The notes beneath the pieces are model-generated. The model ran no database searches and was not told the DNA's origin. It saw only the letters and a program-made list of their open reading frames with translations. Shown here piece after piece: positions 49,761 through 60,189 of a DNA stretch of 64,000 nucleotides. Where the stretch lies: NCBI GenBank assembly GCA_965223265.1, contig OZ244999.1, positions 6,336,001 to 6,400,000 of the forward strand, read 5' to 3'. The position numbers and the translations under genes are program-made. Source of the DNA: Planctomycetota bacterium. Its GTDB lineage: Bacteria > Planctomycetota > UBA8108 > SXIK01. Numbering within the stretch: position 1 is the first letter of the stretch; each line of letters opens with the position of its first letter.

Positions 49761-50501
49761 CTAGGAGCCTGCGCACGCCGGAACGCTCGCGCAGCCCAGT
49801 AGATCCGCGGTCGGATCCAGGCCACACTCCCCGAAAGGGGACGCGGGGGGCGGGCCGTCGACGAAGAGGTGGAGCAAGACCGCGATGCCGTCGCTCACAT
49901 CCAGGGCACCATCGTCGTTGACATCGCCACTCTTTTGGCAATTGACGGTTACGCTTCCGCTGAAAAGGTAGTTGAGAATCACGATAGCGTCTGAGATGTC
50001 GAGCTGGCCGTCGCCGTTCGACTCGCCACGCGCAAATGTTGCCGCGTTTTCGCGTTCCCAGATCGGCGCGCCGAGCTCGTCGATATCCTCTGTCGACGCG
50101 ATGCGCGTTCGACTCCAGCAGTACGTGTGGAGCTCATTCTCGAGAGCGGACTCAAGAGGAAAGACACCCGTCCGCGCAGGGACCTCGGCGTACACGATGT
50201 ACTCTTCCCCGGCGTCCATCTGCAGGCCGCAGATGCCTTCAGGCAGCGTGTAGACGTCGATGGCCTCTCCGGTCGGGCCTTTCCAAACGCGTGATATCTG
50301 AAACGTCGTCTTGAATTCGCCGTCGTAGGCAGCATTGAGAGCGACCCCCTGAAAGACAGCGTCAACGAGCTCAAGCTCAACAGCAGGTGGCCCAGGGTCC
50401 GTGCACGTGCAGGCGTAGACGCCGCCCGGTAAAAAAACGAGACCTATTATGAGCACAGCGACTACCAACCAGCGTGGGACACAACTATTCAGCATCGACA
50501 T
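49761..50501 (-). CDS. TIMP/NTR-like domain protein with a dockerin-like C-terminus
   Basis: Signal peptide VYA|CTC, DAVF.G, F.ISRVWKG, CG...G.EYIVYA, C.SRT, then FARGESNGDG. Confidence 0.72.
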   Translation of the reverse strand: MSMLNSCVPRWLVVAVLIIGLVFLPGGVYACTCTDPGPPAVELELVDAVFQGVALNAAYDGEFKTTFQISRVWKGPTGEAIDVYTLPEGICGLQMDAGEEYIVYAEVPARTGVFPLESALENELHTYCWSRTRIASTEDIDELGAPIWERENAATFARGESNGDGQLDISDAIVILNYLFSGSVTVNCQKSGDVNDDGALDVSDGIAVLLHLFVDGPPPASPFGECGLDPTADLLGCASVPACAGS

Positions 50502-50716
50502 CGCAGGGCTCCCGTTTCAGAAACATGCTCCGCACGCCTCACCGATCGTAGCCAACGAAGGGGAACGCGGACAAACACATTCCGACCCGACCCTCCTCGC
50601 GAGTTGGCAGAACACCGTGGACTGGTCGATATACCCTCGCAGTTGTGAAGAATCCGGAAGAATCCGCCCCGAGAGAGCCGAAGAGCCTAAGAGAGACGCT
50701 ACACCGGAGTCACACT

Positions 50717-51493
50717 ATGGGAACACTGACAACTCGACCCAGCACAATCGATCACCGCGCTTCGAAGCCTCCGGCCTCGCATCTGCCGACCCTCGTCTAC
50801 GTCGCACTCGGCGTCGTGCTGGTGTACCTGGCAACGTGGGCGGGACACGCGGGGTTCTATTTCGAGTTTCAGAAACCGCTCCTAGCCTACGAAGGCCACA
50901 GCCCGAACACCGTCTACTGGCGCCGCCCAACGCCAGTCGGTGGAGTCAGCAATTGGGAGAAGGAAGCCATCGGAGACTTCATGATTCCCTTGCCTCCGGA
51001 GCGTCCCCTGGGCACCGAAGTTGAGGGAGCTATGGTGAAGCTCACCTACGAAGTCGGCGAACTCAAAATCATCCGGCGGCCACGCAGCGCGCTGACCGAC
51101 GCACTGCGGACACAACTCAAATCCCTCGGAGCTCGCAATCCGGATGAACACATCTCCTCGAAGAGCGATGCGTCAATCCTGGAGGAGATCGTTCAGACCA
51201 CGCCCGCAGACTACGAGTTCTCTTGGTCAGAGCCCGAACGCCAACGCTACGCTGCACGGCTCCTGTCGAAAATGTCGCTCTTAGAGAGCCACTCAGCTCG
51301 TCGGTTCGAAATCGTCCACGATCAGCAACAACAGCAGAGTGCGGTGCTCGTCGAATTCGACAGCGGCGAGACGACGGTTGTCGCCATCGCAGACTACGGT
51401 GTACTCGTCGCGAAGATCTCAAGCAGTGCACCATCCGAATGGAAAACAACTGCTGCAAACTGGCTGCCGCGCGCGAGACCGTCAGCTCATTGA
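50717..51493 (+). CDS. Hypothetical membrane-anchored protein
   Basis: ORF with one N-terminal TM segment. Confidence 0.55.
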   Translation: MGTLTTRPSTIDHRASKPPASHLPTLVYVALGVVLVYLATWAGHAGFYFEFQKPLLAYEGHSPNTVYWRRPTPVGGVSNWEKEAIGDFMIPLPPERPLGTEVEGAMVKLTYEVGELKIIRRPRSALTDALRTQLKSLGARNPDEHISSKSDASILEEIVQTTPADYEFSWSEPERQRYAARLLSKMSLLESHSARRFEIVHDQQQQQSAVLVEFDSGETTVVAIADYGVLVAKISSSAPSEWKTTAANWLPRARPSAH

Positions 51494-51540
51494 TGACCCG
51501 TGCGTGGAGTGATCCAAAGAGCTCGATCCACGCGCTGCGG

Positions 51541-53067
51541 TTACTTCTGCGTACGAAACGGAATCGCAGGCAAGCCTTCGCGGTTGCTCAGGTTAGGTTC
51601 AGCTTCGTTGTGCCACCCAAACCGCACTGCCTTGGGCGCCGCCACAGCTGAAGACTCGACGACCACGGTGTCGCCGTCGATCCGAGCTCGGGCTGGGTGA
51701 AACTCTCCGTCCTCCCCCGCGACTGCAAACCAATTGAGCTCGCGCTCGTCGCGTGCGACCAGTCCACCTCCGACGTAGTCGAAATGGATGCGCGCCTTGG
51801 AGCCTTCGATCGACATCGACCGATACGTGGGCCCACTGTAGACGATGTCGCCTTTGCTGTAGGTTTTTGCCAGCGCCCAAAGCGCCAGACGTTTGCCAAC
51901 GTCCTGTTTGTTCTTGGGATGGATGTCGTTGACGTTGCCGATGTCAACGGTTCCAGCCATGCCGGTGTTCGGCATCGCGAGAGTGGCGGCCTGCGCTTCC
52001 CAGATCTCCGCCAACGCCGTCGGCGATCGGCCGCGGTAGTGAAACGGCGCTAGCTGCACGAAATAAAACGGCATGTCCGCGTTGGCCCAAACCTGGCGCC
52101 AACCCTTGATCAGCGCTTTCATCTTTTCGTGATACAGCATGCCCTCTCCCATGTTCGACTCACCCTGGTACCATATCGCACCGCGGATGGAGTACGGCAG
52201 TAGTGGATAGATCATGCCGTTGTACAGCCCCATCGGGACGCGGTGGCTGTTCCCAGGATCGCTCGGCCAGGCCGGGGGTTCAGGAACTTCACGCCCGGCG
52301 GCGACCGCCTTCTGCGCTCTCGGCAACCAGGCCGCGACGGCATCCACAGCTCCAACCTTAGCTGCGCTGTACTGCTTGCGTGCTGTCTCGATCTCGTCGG
52401 CGAGTGACCCCAGACCGGCGACCGAGCGCAGCCCGACCGCTGGCGTCCATGGTTCGATGCGCGTTCCGCCCCACGACGAATCAATCAGCCCGATCGGAAC
52501 GCCGAGTTCCTTCTGCAGTTGGCGACCGAAGAAGTAGGAGACCGCAGAGAAATGTCGCGCGCTCTCCGGCGTACAGACCTTCCACTCAGCCTCCACATCC
52601 TTCGCTGGAGCGCCTGACGGCACCTTCGGGACATCGAAGAGGCGGATTTGTGGATGGTCGGCAGCGGCAATCTCAGCGTCAGGATTCGCCGAGCGCTCGA
52701 TGGACCATTCCATATTCGACTGCCCCGAGCACACCCAAACTTCGCCGACCAGCACATTGTCGAGCGAAATCGCTTGGCCGCGCCCCTTGACGACGATCTG
52801 ATGCGGCCCGCCGGCGGCGAGCGGTGGCAACTTCACGGACCACCTGCCATCGTCGCCTGTCGTGGCCTCGGCCGACGCCGCACCGAAGGAGACCGACACC
52901 TTCTCCCCAGGCGCTGCCCAGCCCCAGATCGGGATCTCAACTCCCCGCTGCAGCACCATGTTACTGCCGATGACGGCGGGAAGCTCCAGCGCCGAAGCGT
53001 TTCCGGCGAAAACAACAACAAGAGCAAGTGCGGGCAGAACGGCAAACAGAGAGCGTCTCTCTCTCAT
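51541..53067 (-). CDS. Sialate O-acetylesterase (SASA) family protein
   Basis: NMVLQR, GEVWVCSGQSNM, WYQGESN and DIHP.NK; likely start ATG 53067. Confidence 0.9.
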   Translation of the reverse strand: MRERRSLFAVLPALALVVVFAGNASALELPAVIGSNMVLQRGVEIPIWGWAAPGEKVSVSFGAASAEATTGDDGRWSVKLPPLAAGGPHQIVVKGRGQAISLDNVLVGEVWVCSGQSNMEWSIERSANPDAEIAAADHPQIRLFDVPKVPSGAPAKDVEAEWKVCTPESARHFSAVSYFFGRQLQKELGVPIGLIDSSWGGTRIEPWTPAVGLRSVAGLGSLADEIETARKQYSAAKVGAVDAVAAWLPRAQKAVAAGREVPEPPAWPSDPGNSHRVPMGLYNGMIYPLLPYSIRGAIWYQGESNMGEGMLYHEKMKALIKGWRQVWANADMPFYFVQLAPFHYRGRSPTALAEIWEAQAATLAMPNTGMAGTVDIGNVNDIHPKNKQDVGKRLALWALAKTYSKGDIVYSGPTYRSMSIEGSKARIHFDYVGGGLVARDERELNWFAVAGEDGEFHPARARIDGDTVVVESSAVAAPKAVRFGWHNEAEPNLSNREGLPAIPFRTQK

Positions 53068-53300
53068 CGGGCAATCCCCCTCGGCTGTCGGACTGACTGG
53101 ATCGGTCGCATCGCCCGCGCCCATCGCTGGGTCGCAGGCCACCTGAAGTCGTCTCAGATTAGTTGCCGCTGCCAGCAGTGCCAAGCGAGAAACCGTCGCC
53201 GGTGACGAAGTCGACGCAAGAAAGGGAGACACGGCGCCCATGATCCGTGGGCCTTCCGCGCTTTCTTGGTCTCAGTAGGCGTCGGAGTGTACGTCTCTTT

Positions 53301-53758
53301 AAAGTAGCAGGCACACTCCTGTGTGCCGACTCGAGTCGACCGTGACTGTGAGTTGCGACGGTGTGGCGTCGCCAGAAAGAGAACCGGAACGGCACACGGC
53401 GTGTGCCTGCTACTTTGAAAAGTGCCATCACGGTCGCGGAACACGGCCACGGCCAGTCGGCACACCGCGTGTGCCTGCTACTTTGAAAAGTGCCATCACG
53501 GTCGCGGAACACGGCCACGGCCAGTCGGCACACCGCGTGTGCCTGCTACTTTGAAAAGTGCCATCACGGTCGCGGAACACGGCCACGGCCAGTCGGCACA
53601 CCGCGTGTGCCTGCTACTTTGAAAAGTGCCATCACGGTCGCGGAACACGGCCACGGCCAGTCGGCACACCGCGTGTGCCTGCTACTTTGAAAAGTGCCAT
53701 CACGGTCGCGGAACACGGCACGGCCAGTCGGCACACCGCGTGTGCCTGCTACTTTGAA
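53301..53758. repeat. REP doublet plus a 68-bp tandem array of GTAG REPs
   Basis: Forward REP at 53301-53330 and inverted REP from about 53384. The 68-bp unit starts at 53401, 53469, 53537, 53605, 53673 (67 bp) and 53740 (partial). Confidence 0.9.
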
Positions 53759-53866
53759 CACGGCACGCACCATAGGCCATCGATTCGCCGAAGGATCCCA
53801 GGGGCGACACACGGAGAATGGGCCGACCACCTCGACCCTCCACCTGATAGATCCTAGCTGCGGTGA

Positions 53867-55039
53867 TCACTCACCCCGTGCGAACCATTCGAACGACCCG
53901 TCGGAGATCTCTTCGAGTGACTCTGGATAGTCGACTCGGAGCGGGATCGGCTTGTAGAGCTCGATCTTGCGCACATCGAACTCGCTGGGCGACATGGACG
54001 AGAGAAGAGCCCGTGCGACCTTGTGAAAGGCCGAGCGCGTCATGATGCGCCGCGTCGATTGAAAGTGACCGATGAAATGTCCGTCGTAGGCGATAATGAA
54101 GTCGCGCTGTGCTTCGCCGGCAACGGCGGAACGCTGCTGGGCAGAAGCTCCGACCGACTGGGATTGGGCTGCGACCTCTGGCCCCACCGCGCACTGCTGC
54201 GACGGAAGCGCACGGGACGGTGGTGATGGTTCCGTGGACGCGGGACCGGAGAATGCATCGGAACGCACCGGGGCGACGACAGCAGCAGCATCACACCTGA
54301 TCTCTTCTGCAGTCGCGCTACCGGCGGCTCGCGATCCAGCATCGCTCTCTGAAGACGCCGCTGGCTTGCTGGCAACGTCGCGTGTTGCCACGGGCGGCGC
54401 ATAGACGCTCTTGACGACGGGCTGCACGCCGGCGGCGATTTGGATCTCCGTGACACGAGCCGCGCCGACGGCAGGTGCATCGGCTGCTGATGCCGTCAGC
54501 TCCTGCGGCGTGGCCGGCGCCACAGGCGTCCCGCCGTGAGGTTCTGACGCGGAGCCGTGAGGTTCTGACGCGGAGCCGTGAGGTTCTGACGCGGATTCGT
54601 TCATCTCGTCGCGCCACGCTGCAGTGCGAGCCGCAGCAGCCAACGACGCTAGCGGCGCGACAACAACCGGCGCAACCTTTCCAGTCGAGGCAGCTTCGGT
54701 GGGCGCGGCAGCGCTCGTGGGGTCATCAGATGTGGTCGACGCCGTCGATGCAGTCGCGCCCGCAGTCGGTGGCTCCGTTGTCGCAGGGGAAGCCGGGATG
54801 CGCACCTCACGCGCTGGCCCCACCTGCGGACTCTTGGAGACGACCTCCTGGGGCGTCGCTGCCGACTTCGGCAGCACGACGCTGCGTTCGCTCCGAGCGC
54901 GCTGCTCCACCTCTACCTGATGAGAGACCTGGACCGTTCGCACTGCCGGCTCGACCTTTTCGGTCTCGGTCGGCCCAGCAGGCCGCAGCTTGCTTTTGGC
55001 AGCCGGGATCACGATTTCAGCATGCGACTCAAAGTCCAT
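53867..55039 (-). CDS. Low-complexity Ala/Pro/Ser-rich protein with a small globular C-terminal domain
   Basis: Long ORF with SASEPHG x3 (21-bp repeat at 54534-54595) and C-terminal DFIIAYDGHFIGHF...IELYKPIP. Confidence 0.55.
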   Translation of the reverse strand: MDFESHAEIVIPAAKSKLRPAGPTETEKVEPAVRTVQVSHQVEVEQRARSERSVVLPKSAATPQEVVSKSPQVGPAREVRIPASPATTEPPTAGATASTASTTSDDPTSAAAPTEAASTGKVAPVVVAPLASLAAAARTAAWRDEMNESASEPHGSASEPHGSASEPHGGTPVAPATPQELTASAADAPAVGAARVTEIQIAAGVQPVVKSVYAPPVATRDVASKPAASSESDAGSRAAGSATAEEIRCDAAAVVAPVRSDAFSGPASTEPSPPSRALPSQQCAVGPEVAAQSQSVGASAQQRSAVAGEAQRDFIIAYDGHFIGHFQSTRRIMTRSAFHKVARALLSSMSPSEFDVRKIELYKPIPLRVDYPESLEEISDGSFEWFARGE

Positions 55040-55338
55040 GGACGCTTCCCATCTCAGTGCGGAGTCGACCCCCACTGAAACGTACCCTGGAGTTCGCGGG
55101 CTCGTCCACTCGCGCGGTTCGGAGAATCGTCAGGAAGACACCTCTAAGATGAATCAGAAGAAAGACTTAAAATCCAGAGACCGATCCCGCCACCCATCGC
55201 CTTGAGGGCCCGAGTCGGGCTTGGCACGGACCGCCGATGCGGATAGTTTCGAGATCAAATCGACGCGCCTGAAGCGCAGTCCTGCATCCCATCGCGTGCG
55301 CCACCATCGATCGCGAGAACAAACGGAAGGATCCAGAC

Positions 55339-56898
55339 ATGACGACCGACGCTCGCCTCCCCCTTCTGCTGATCTCCCTCGCCTGCAACCTGCTCACGAG
55401 CTCACCAACCGCCGCACGTGATTTTTCCACCGTAGAGATCAAAGCGACGCACGTCGGTGGCAACGTTCACATGCTCGTTGGTGCCGGCGGCAACATCGGT
55501 GTCTCGGTCGGCGACGACGGCATTCTCATTGTCGATGACCAGTTCGCACCACTGGCGGATAAGATCCGTGCAGCCCTTGGCGAGCTCAACAAAGGCAAAC
55601 TGCGGTTCGTCCTCAACACACATTGGCATGGCGATCACACCGGTGGCAATCCGAAGTTCGGCGAAGAAGCGACCATCATCGCTCACGACAACGTCCGCAA
55701 GCGGCTCTCTGGCGAGCTACGCACCCGCGGCCGCGAAAGTACGCCTCTGCCGAAGGAAGGACTGCCTGTGATCACCTTCGCTGAATCTCTGACAGTTCAC
55801 TTCAACGATGAAGAGATCGATGTCATCCACTTTCCGAGCGGCCACACCGACGGCGACAGTGTCGTCTTCTTCAAAGAGTCGAACGTCGTTCACATGGGTG
55901 ACCTCTTCTTCAACGGCTCCTTCCCATTTGTCGATCTCGCGAGTGGTGGCGATGTGGAAGGATATCTGCGCAATGTCAAAGCGATCGCCGAACGGCTGCC
56001 GGCGGGCGTCAAAATCATTCCAGGCCATGGCCAGCTAGCGACGCGCAGCGACGTGACGGCGAACATTCGCATGCTCACCGAGACCGTCGAAATCGTTCGC
56101 CAGCGAATGTCGGCGAACCAGACGCTCGACCAAGCGCGACACGCAGGTCTGCCAGCCGAGTGGGACGACTGGGGAAAAGGTTTCATCAAAACAGACCGCT
56201 GGATTGAGACGATCTACCGCAGCTTGACGGCCCACGCGGCGGCGAGAGAACCGGCGAACCGTCGCCGTAGGGCGGCGTTCACACCGATCGAGGATGACCC
56301 GAACCTGCCGCGCGTCCTCCTCATCGGCGATTCGATCTCGATTGGCTACACACTCGCAACGCGCGAGTTCCTCAAGGCTGAAGCGAACGTCCACCGCCCC
56401 CCCACCAACTGTGGTCCGACAAGCCGTGGTTTAGCGCACATCGAGGCCTGGCTCGGGGACAGCCGCTGGGACGTTATCCACTTCAACTGGGGACTACACG
56501 ACCTCAAATACGTTGACGCCGAGGGACGCAACACCTCGCCAGAAAAAGGACGGCAACAGGTGCCGCCGGACGCCTACGAGAGGAACCTTGAAACGCTCGT
56601 CGCACGACTCAAGAAGACGAAGGCCAAGCTTGTCTTCGCGACGACGACGCCAGTGCCACCGAACGAAGGCAAGCGCGTCGCCGGGGATGCCCGGAACTAC
56701 AATAAGATCGCGCGACGTGTGATGGCGAAGCATGACGTGGCCATCGACGACCTGCACGGCTTCGCGCTGGCGCGTCTCGACGCGATCCAGCTACCGCACA
56801 ACGTTCACTTCAAGCCAGAGGGCTCGCGAGTGCTGGCAAGCCAGGTCGCCGCAAGCATCCGCGAGGCGCTCGCAGCCAAGGCGGCGGCGGCGAAATAG
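55339..56898 (+). CDS. MBL-fold metallohydrolase fused to an SGNH/GDSL hydrolase
   Basis: THWHGDH, GHTDGD and PGHG, followed by LIGDSIS, NWGLHD and NVHF. Confidence 0.85.
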   Translation: MTTDARLPLLLISLACNLLTSSPTAARDFSTVEIKATHVGGNVHMLVGAGGNIGVSVGDDGILIVDDQFAPLADKIRAALGELNKGKLRFVLNTHWHGDHTGGNPKFGEEATIIAHDNVRKRLSGELRTRGRESTPLPKEGLPVITFAESLTVHFNDEEIDVIHFPSGHTDGDSVVFFKESNVVHMGDLFFNGSFPFVDLASGGDVEGYLRNVKAIAERLPAGVKIIPGHGQLATRSDVTANIRMLTETVEIVRQRMSANQTLDQARHAGLPAEWDDWGKGFIKTDRWIETIYRSLTAHAAAREPANRRRRAAFTPIEDDPNLPRVLLIGDSISIGYTLATREFLKAEANVHRPPTNCGPTSRGLAHIEAWLGDSRWDVIHFNWGLHDLKYVDAEGRNTSPEKGRQQVPPDAYERNLETLVARLKKTKAKLVFATTTPVPPNEGKRVAGDARNYNKIARRVMAKHDVAIDDLHGFALARLDAIQLPHNVHFKPEGSRVLASQVAASIREALAAKAAAAK

Positions 56899-56901
56899 AG
56901 G

Positions 56902-59304
56902 TTACTCGTCCTCAGCAACAGGCGCGAGCTCGACGCCTTCAGGCCACTCCGCACCGCCGTCGATCCAGCGTTTGAGCAGCGCGATCTGCTCGGCGCTGAG
57001 CACAGGAGCCTTGCCTTCCGGCGGCATGCGTGCGTCCTCGTCGTGGGTCGAGACGAGCTCGTAGACGAGGCTCTTCCCGCTTTCACCTGGCACGATCGTC
57101 GGCTCGTCGGAGTCGCCGACGGCAAAGGCCGTGGCCTTGCTCCCGAGTCGATAGCCACCGCTCGGCTTGCGTTTCGAGCCGCCGTGACACTTGAAGCAGT
57201 GGCGCTCGAAGAGCGGCTTGATCTCGCGGGCAAAGTCGACGGGCTCGTCCGGGGAGCCTGAAACCGTGTCGGTGTTCGAGTCTGTATCGGGATCCGCCTC
57301 GGCATCTCCCTCTGTATCTGTATCTGTATCTGTATCTGTATCTGTATCTGTATCTGTATCTGTATCTGTATCTGTGTCTGTGTCCGTGTCCGTGTCCGTG
57401 TCCGTATCCGAGTCAGCGTCCGCCTCTGCCCCTGCCCCTGCATCCGCCGCACCCAACCCAGGTTCCACCGCGCCGTCCCCGGGCCGGTACCAATCCCCAC
57501 GCAGCCAACGTGCAACGAGCCGAATCGATGTCTCGTCAAGAATCTCTTTGCGGGCGAACGCCGGCATGCGGTCGTTCTTGTCGTCGTAGAAGTCCTCATG
57601 CTCGGGGTCGCCGATGAAGCGGACGAGCCACTCTTCTGAGCCGTATCCCTTCAAGTCCGGCGCACTCGAGCCACCGTCGTAGCCCCAGCCGTGACACCGG
57701 AGGCAGCCGAGACCGCCTTCCTTTCTCGTCTGCAGGAGCTCAAGGCCGTGCGCAATCACCTCATGATCCTGCGCGTCGAGCGGACGCTGTGACCTGAGCT
57801 CCGCCTGCGCCGAGAGCGCCGTCACGATCTTGTCCATCTTTGCTTCGTAGTCGTCCCGGAGACGTTTCTTCAGCCTGCCGAGTTCTTCGGACATCTCGCC
57901 GCCTTCAAACTCGGTGCCGCCGAAATAGTCTGCGGTATCGATCTTCTCGGGATCGAGGAATCCCTGCAGCCAAGCTCGACTAGCGAACCCTTTGAGATCC
58001 GATGCCGACTGCTGATCGTTCGGCTCATCGCCGCGACCGTCGTGCCCGTCGTACCGATGACAACTCGCGCAGGACTGCGCGAAAATCTTCGGTCCCTGGG
58101 TGAGCGGGTCGTGCCGCAGCAGTTCCGCCGCGCCCCCGACGGGAATGGCGTTGGGTCCTTGGGCGAGTTCAACAACGCGCGCGGCGTCGCGTTTGGCTTC
58201 GACTAAACCGTCTTCATACTCTTGCTTGTTAGCGTCCTCGTGCAATGCCGCCGCCGTCAGGAACAACACCCCCGCGAGCAGCACAAAGAGCGAAAGCACG
58301 TTGAAAACATGGCCGAGCTTCCAGCGACCAATGAACGGCATCAACGCCATGAATCCCATGACCATTCCCGGGATGTACACCGCACCCCACACTTCTGCCT
58401 CGCCCTTGAAGGCCTCGAACTTGAGGAATTGGAACAGAAAGAGGAAGTACCACTCGGGTCGTGCCGCCTTGAACTCATTCGTGGGCTCCGCCGGTGCCAT
58501 GAGCGCAGCGCCGAGCTGGCCGTCATCGCCGAACAGACGGCCCTTGACGCAGAGAAAAAGAACGACGGCGAGCACCGCAAGGCAGGCGACGCCATCCTTG
58601 AGCACCTGATCGGGCCAAAAGTAGGCGTCAGGTTTGCGACGCGGCACTTTGTGACAGATCCCTTGGCGCCGCATGAAATAGATATGCACGCCGATGAAAA
58701 AAATCATAAGCAACGGGAGGACACCGGCATGGAGTGCGAAGAAACGAGTCAGCGTGTGGTGCCCATAGTCGCTGCCGCCGATCATGAGCCGCTGCAAGTC
58801 GTGGCCGACGAGCGGCACAGTGGTCATGATGTTCGTCGCCACCTTCGTTGCCCAGTACCCTTTTTGGTCCCACGGCAAGAGGTACCCGGTTAGTCCTAGA
58901 CCGAACACGATGCCGAGGAGTATCAAACCGACCCAGAAGTTGAACTCACGCGGCGCGCGGTAGGCCCCATCGATCACCACTTGCATCACGTGGAGGACGA
59001 GGAGGACCATCATGGCCTGCGCTGTGAAGTGGTGAATCCCTCGCAGAAGCCAACCGCCGGGCACGACATACTGAATGTAGTAGACGCTCTCCCACGCCGT
59101 CTGTGAGCTCGGGCTATAGTACATCCAGAGGATGATGCCCGTGATCATCTGCAGAACGAAGCAGAAGACGAGCGTGCTCCCCCACACGTAACGCCAGCGC
59201 GCACCGCCAGGGATGTGTTCGTAGAGCATGCTCCGGATCATCGAACGATAACCCGTGCGCTCGTCCACCCAATTGAGAAGGAGACGGTCGAGCAGCCCCT
59301 TCAT
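56902..59304 (-). CDS. Cytochrome b fused to a diheme cytochrome c and a tethered planctomycete cytochrome c domain
   Basis: Four heme-b His, GYLLPWDQ and PEWY; CASCH and CLRCH; (DT)n linker; DF.REIKP.F..HCFKCH...MPP...WID.GA.W. Confidence 0.9.
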   Translation of the reverse strand: MKGLLDRLLLNWVDERTGYRSMIRSMLYEHIPGGARWRYVWGSTLVFCFVLQMITGIILWMYYSPSSQTAWESVYYIQYVVPGGWLLRGIHHFTAQAMMVLLVLHVMQVVIDGAYRAPREFNFWVGLILLGIVFGLGLTGYLLPWDQKGYWATKVATNIMTTVPLVGHDLQRLMIGGSDYGHHTLTRFFALHAGVLPLLMIFFIGVHIYFMRRQGICHKVPRRKPDAYFWPDQVLKDGVACLAVLAVVLFLCVKGRLFGDDGQLGAALMAPAEPTNEFKAARPEWYFLFLFQFLKFEAFKGEAEVWGAVYIPGMVMGFMALMPFIGRWKLGHVFNVLSLFVLLAGVLFLTAAALHEDANKQEYEDGLVEAKRDAARVVELAQGPNAIPVGGAAELLRHDPLTQGPKIFAQSCASCHRYDGHDGRGDEPNDQQSASDLKGFASRAWLQGFLDPEKIDTADYFGGTEFEGGEMSEELGRLKKRLRDDYEAKMDKIVTALSAQAELRSQRPLDAQDHEVIAHGLELLQTRKEGGLGCLRCHGWGYDGGSSAPDLKGYGSEEWLVRFIGDPEHEDFYDDKNDRMPAFARKEILDETSIRLVARWLRGDWYRPGDGAVEPGLGAADAGAGAEADADSDTDTDTDTDTDTDTDTDTDTDTDTDTDTDTDTEGDAEADPDTDSNTDTVSGSPDEPVDFAREIKPLFERHCFKCHGGSKRKPSGGYRLGSKATAFAVGDSDEPTIVPGESGKSLVYELVSTHDEDARMPPEGKAPVLSAEQIALLKRWIDGGAEWPEGVELAPVAEDE
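57311..57408. repeat. Hexamer repeat encoding a (DT)~16 linker
   Basis: (tctgta)10 followed by tctgtg and tccgtg variants. Confidence 0.9.
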
Positions 59305-59888
59305 ACTTTGGCTCTCTTCTCTTCGATGGCGGCTTCGAAATTCTGAAACTGGACGAGTATGTCGTCCCCTTCGATCTTCGCTGCCAATTCATCGAGGTCT
59401 CGCGGAGCCACACACGGGTCGCCTCGACTGCCGTCGGCATGAAACCTGCTGTCGTGACACGGGCACTCAAAGCTCGCATCGGGCTGCGCTTCGACGGAAC
59501 ACCCAGCATGGGGACAGACAGTGTTGAAAGCGGTGACGTGATCGGGATCCTCCGGCAACCGCCGAAGATAGACCGAGCCGATAGGGACTCGAGGGTACAG
59601 ATTCCAAGCGTCCTCACGGTCTGCGATAACGGGAAATCGGCGCGGTTTGCCATCGGCCGGCACCGCGTCGACGGCAGTCACGCGTAGGTACGGTGGGCCA
59701 TCGCCATCGTTCGACGACTGCTTGCGGCAAAGTGGCGCGAGAAGCACATATACGCCGTTGGCAAGCGGCGCCAAAACAGCCACACTACCGACCGCGACGG
59801 CGCAAAGCGCCTTCATGAAGCTGCGCCTCGGCGGTTGCTGACGAGCGTCGCCTTCGGCGGCTACGGACTCACCCATCTCTTCGTGCAT
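59301..59888 (-). CDS. Rieske [2Fe-2S] subunit of the bc complex
   Basis: Tat-like RRSF + TM, CPHAGC and CPCHDS; ATGA overlap with cytochrome b. Confidence 0.92.
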   Translation of the reverse strand: MHEEMGESVAAEGDARQQPPRRSFMKALCAVAVGSVAVLAPLANGVYVLLAPLCRKQSSNDGDGPPYLRVTAVDAVPADGKPRRFPVIADREDAWNLYPRVPIGSVYLRRLPEDPDHVTAFNTVCPHAGCSVEAQPDASFECPCHDSRFHADGSRGDPCVAPRDLDELAAKIEGDDILVQFQNFEAAIEEKRAKV

Positions 59889-60189
59889 TCAAGCTCTCCC
59901 TCGGTTTCATCGTCTCTCAGCCGAACCGTATTATACGCGCTTGGAGCAACCTCTAAACTCCGCTGTCCAAGCCGCAACCGAAGTTCGCGTCAGAATCTAA
60001 CAATTGTAGGAAAATCTTCGCCCATACATTCCGACAAGGCGCTAACAACCTTGGGCTGGCCCGGCAGTTACCAACCAATTGCCGGGGGAGTCACTCCGGA
60101 AGCGACGATGACGTCAGACTGCATTTTCAGTCGGTGGTGCATTTCTGGTCGACAATGCAGTGCGAAGCGTCACGACCCGAAACAGAGTT

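Noticed and set aside
53401-53758. CRISPR array
   Set aside because: The would-be spacers are identical, there are no cas genes, and the palindrome is a dispersed GTAG REP.
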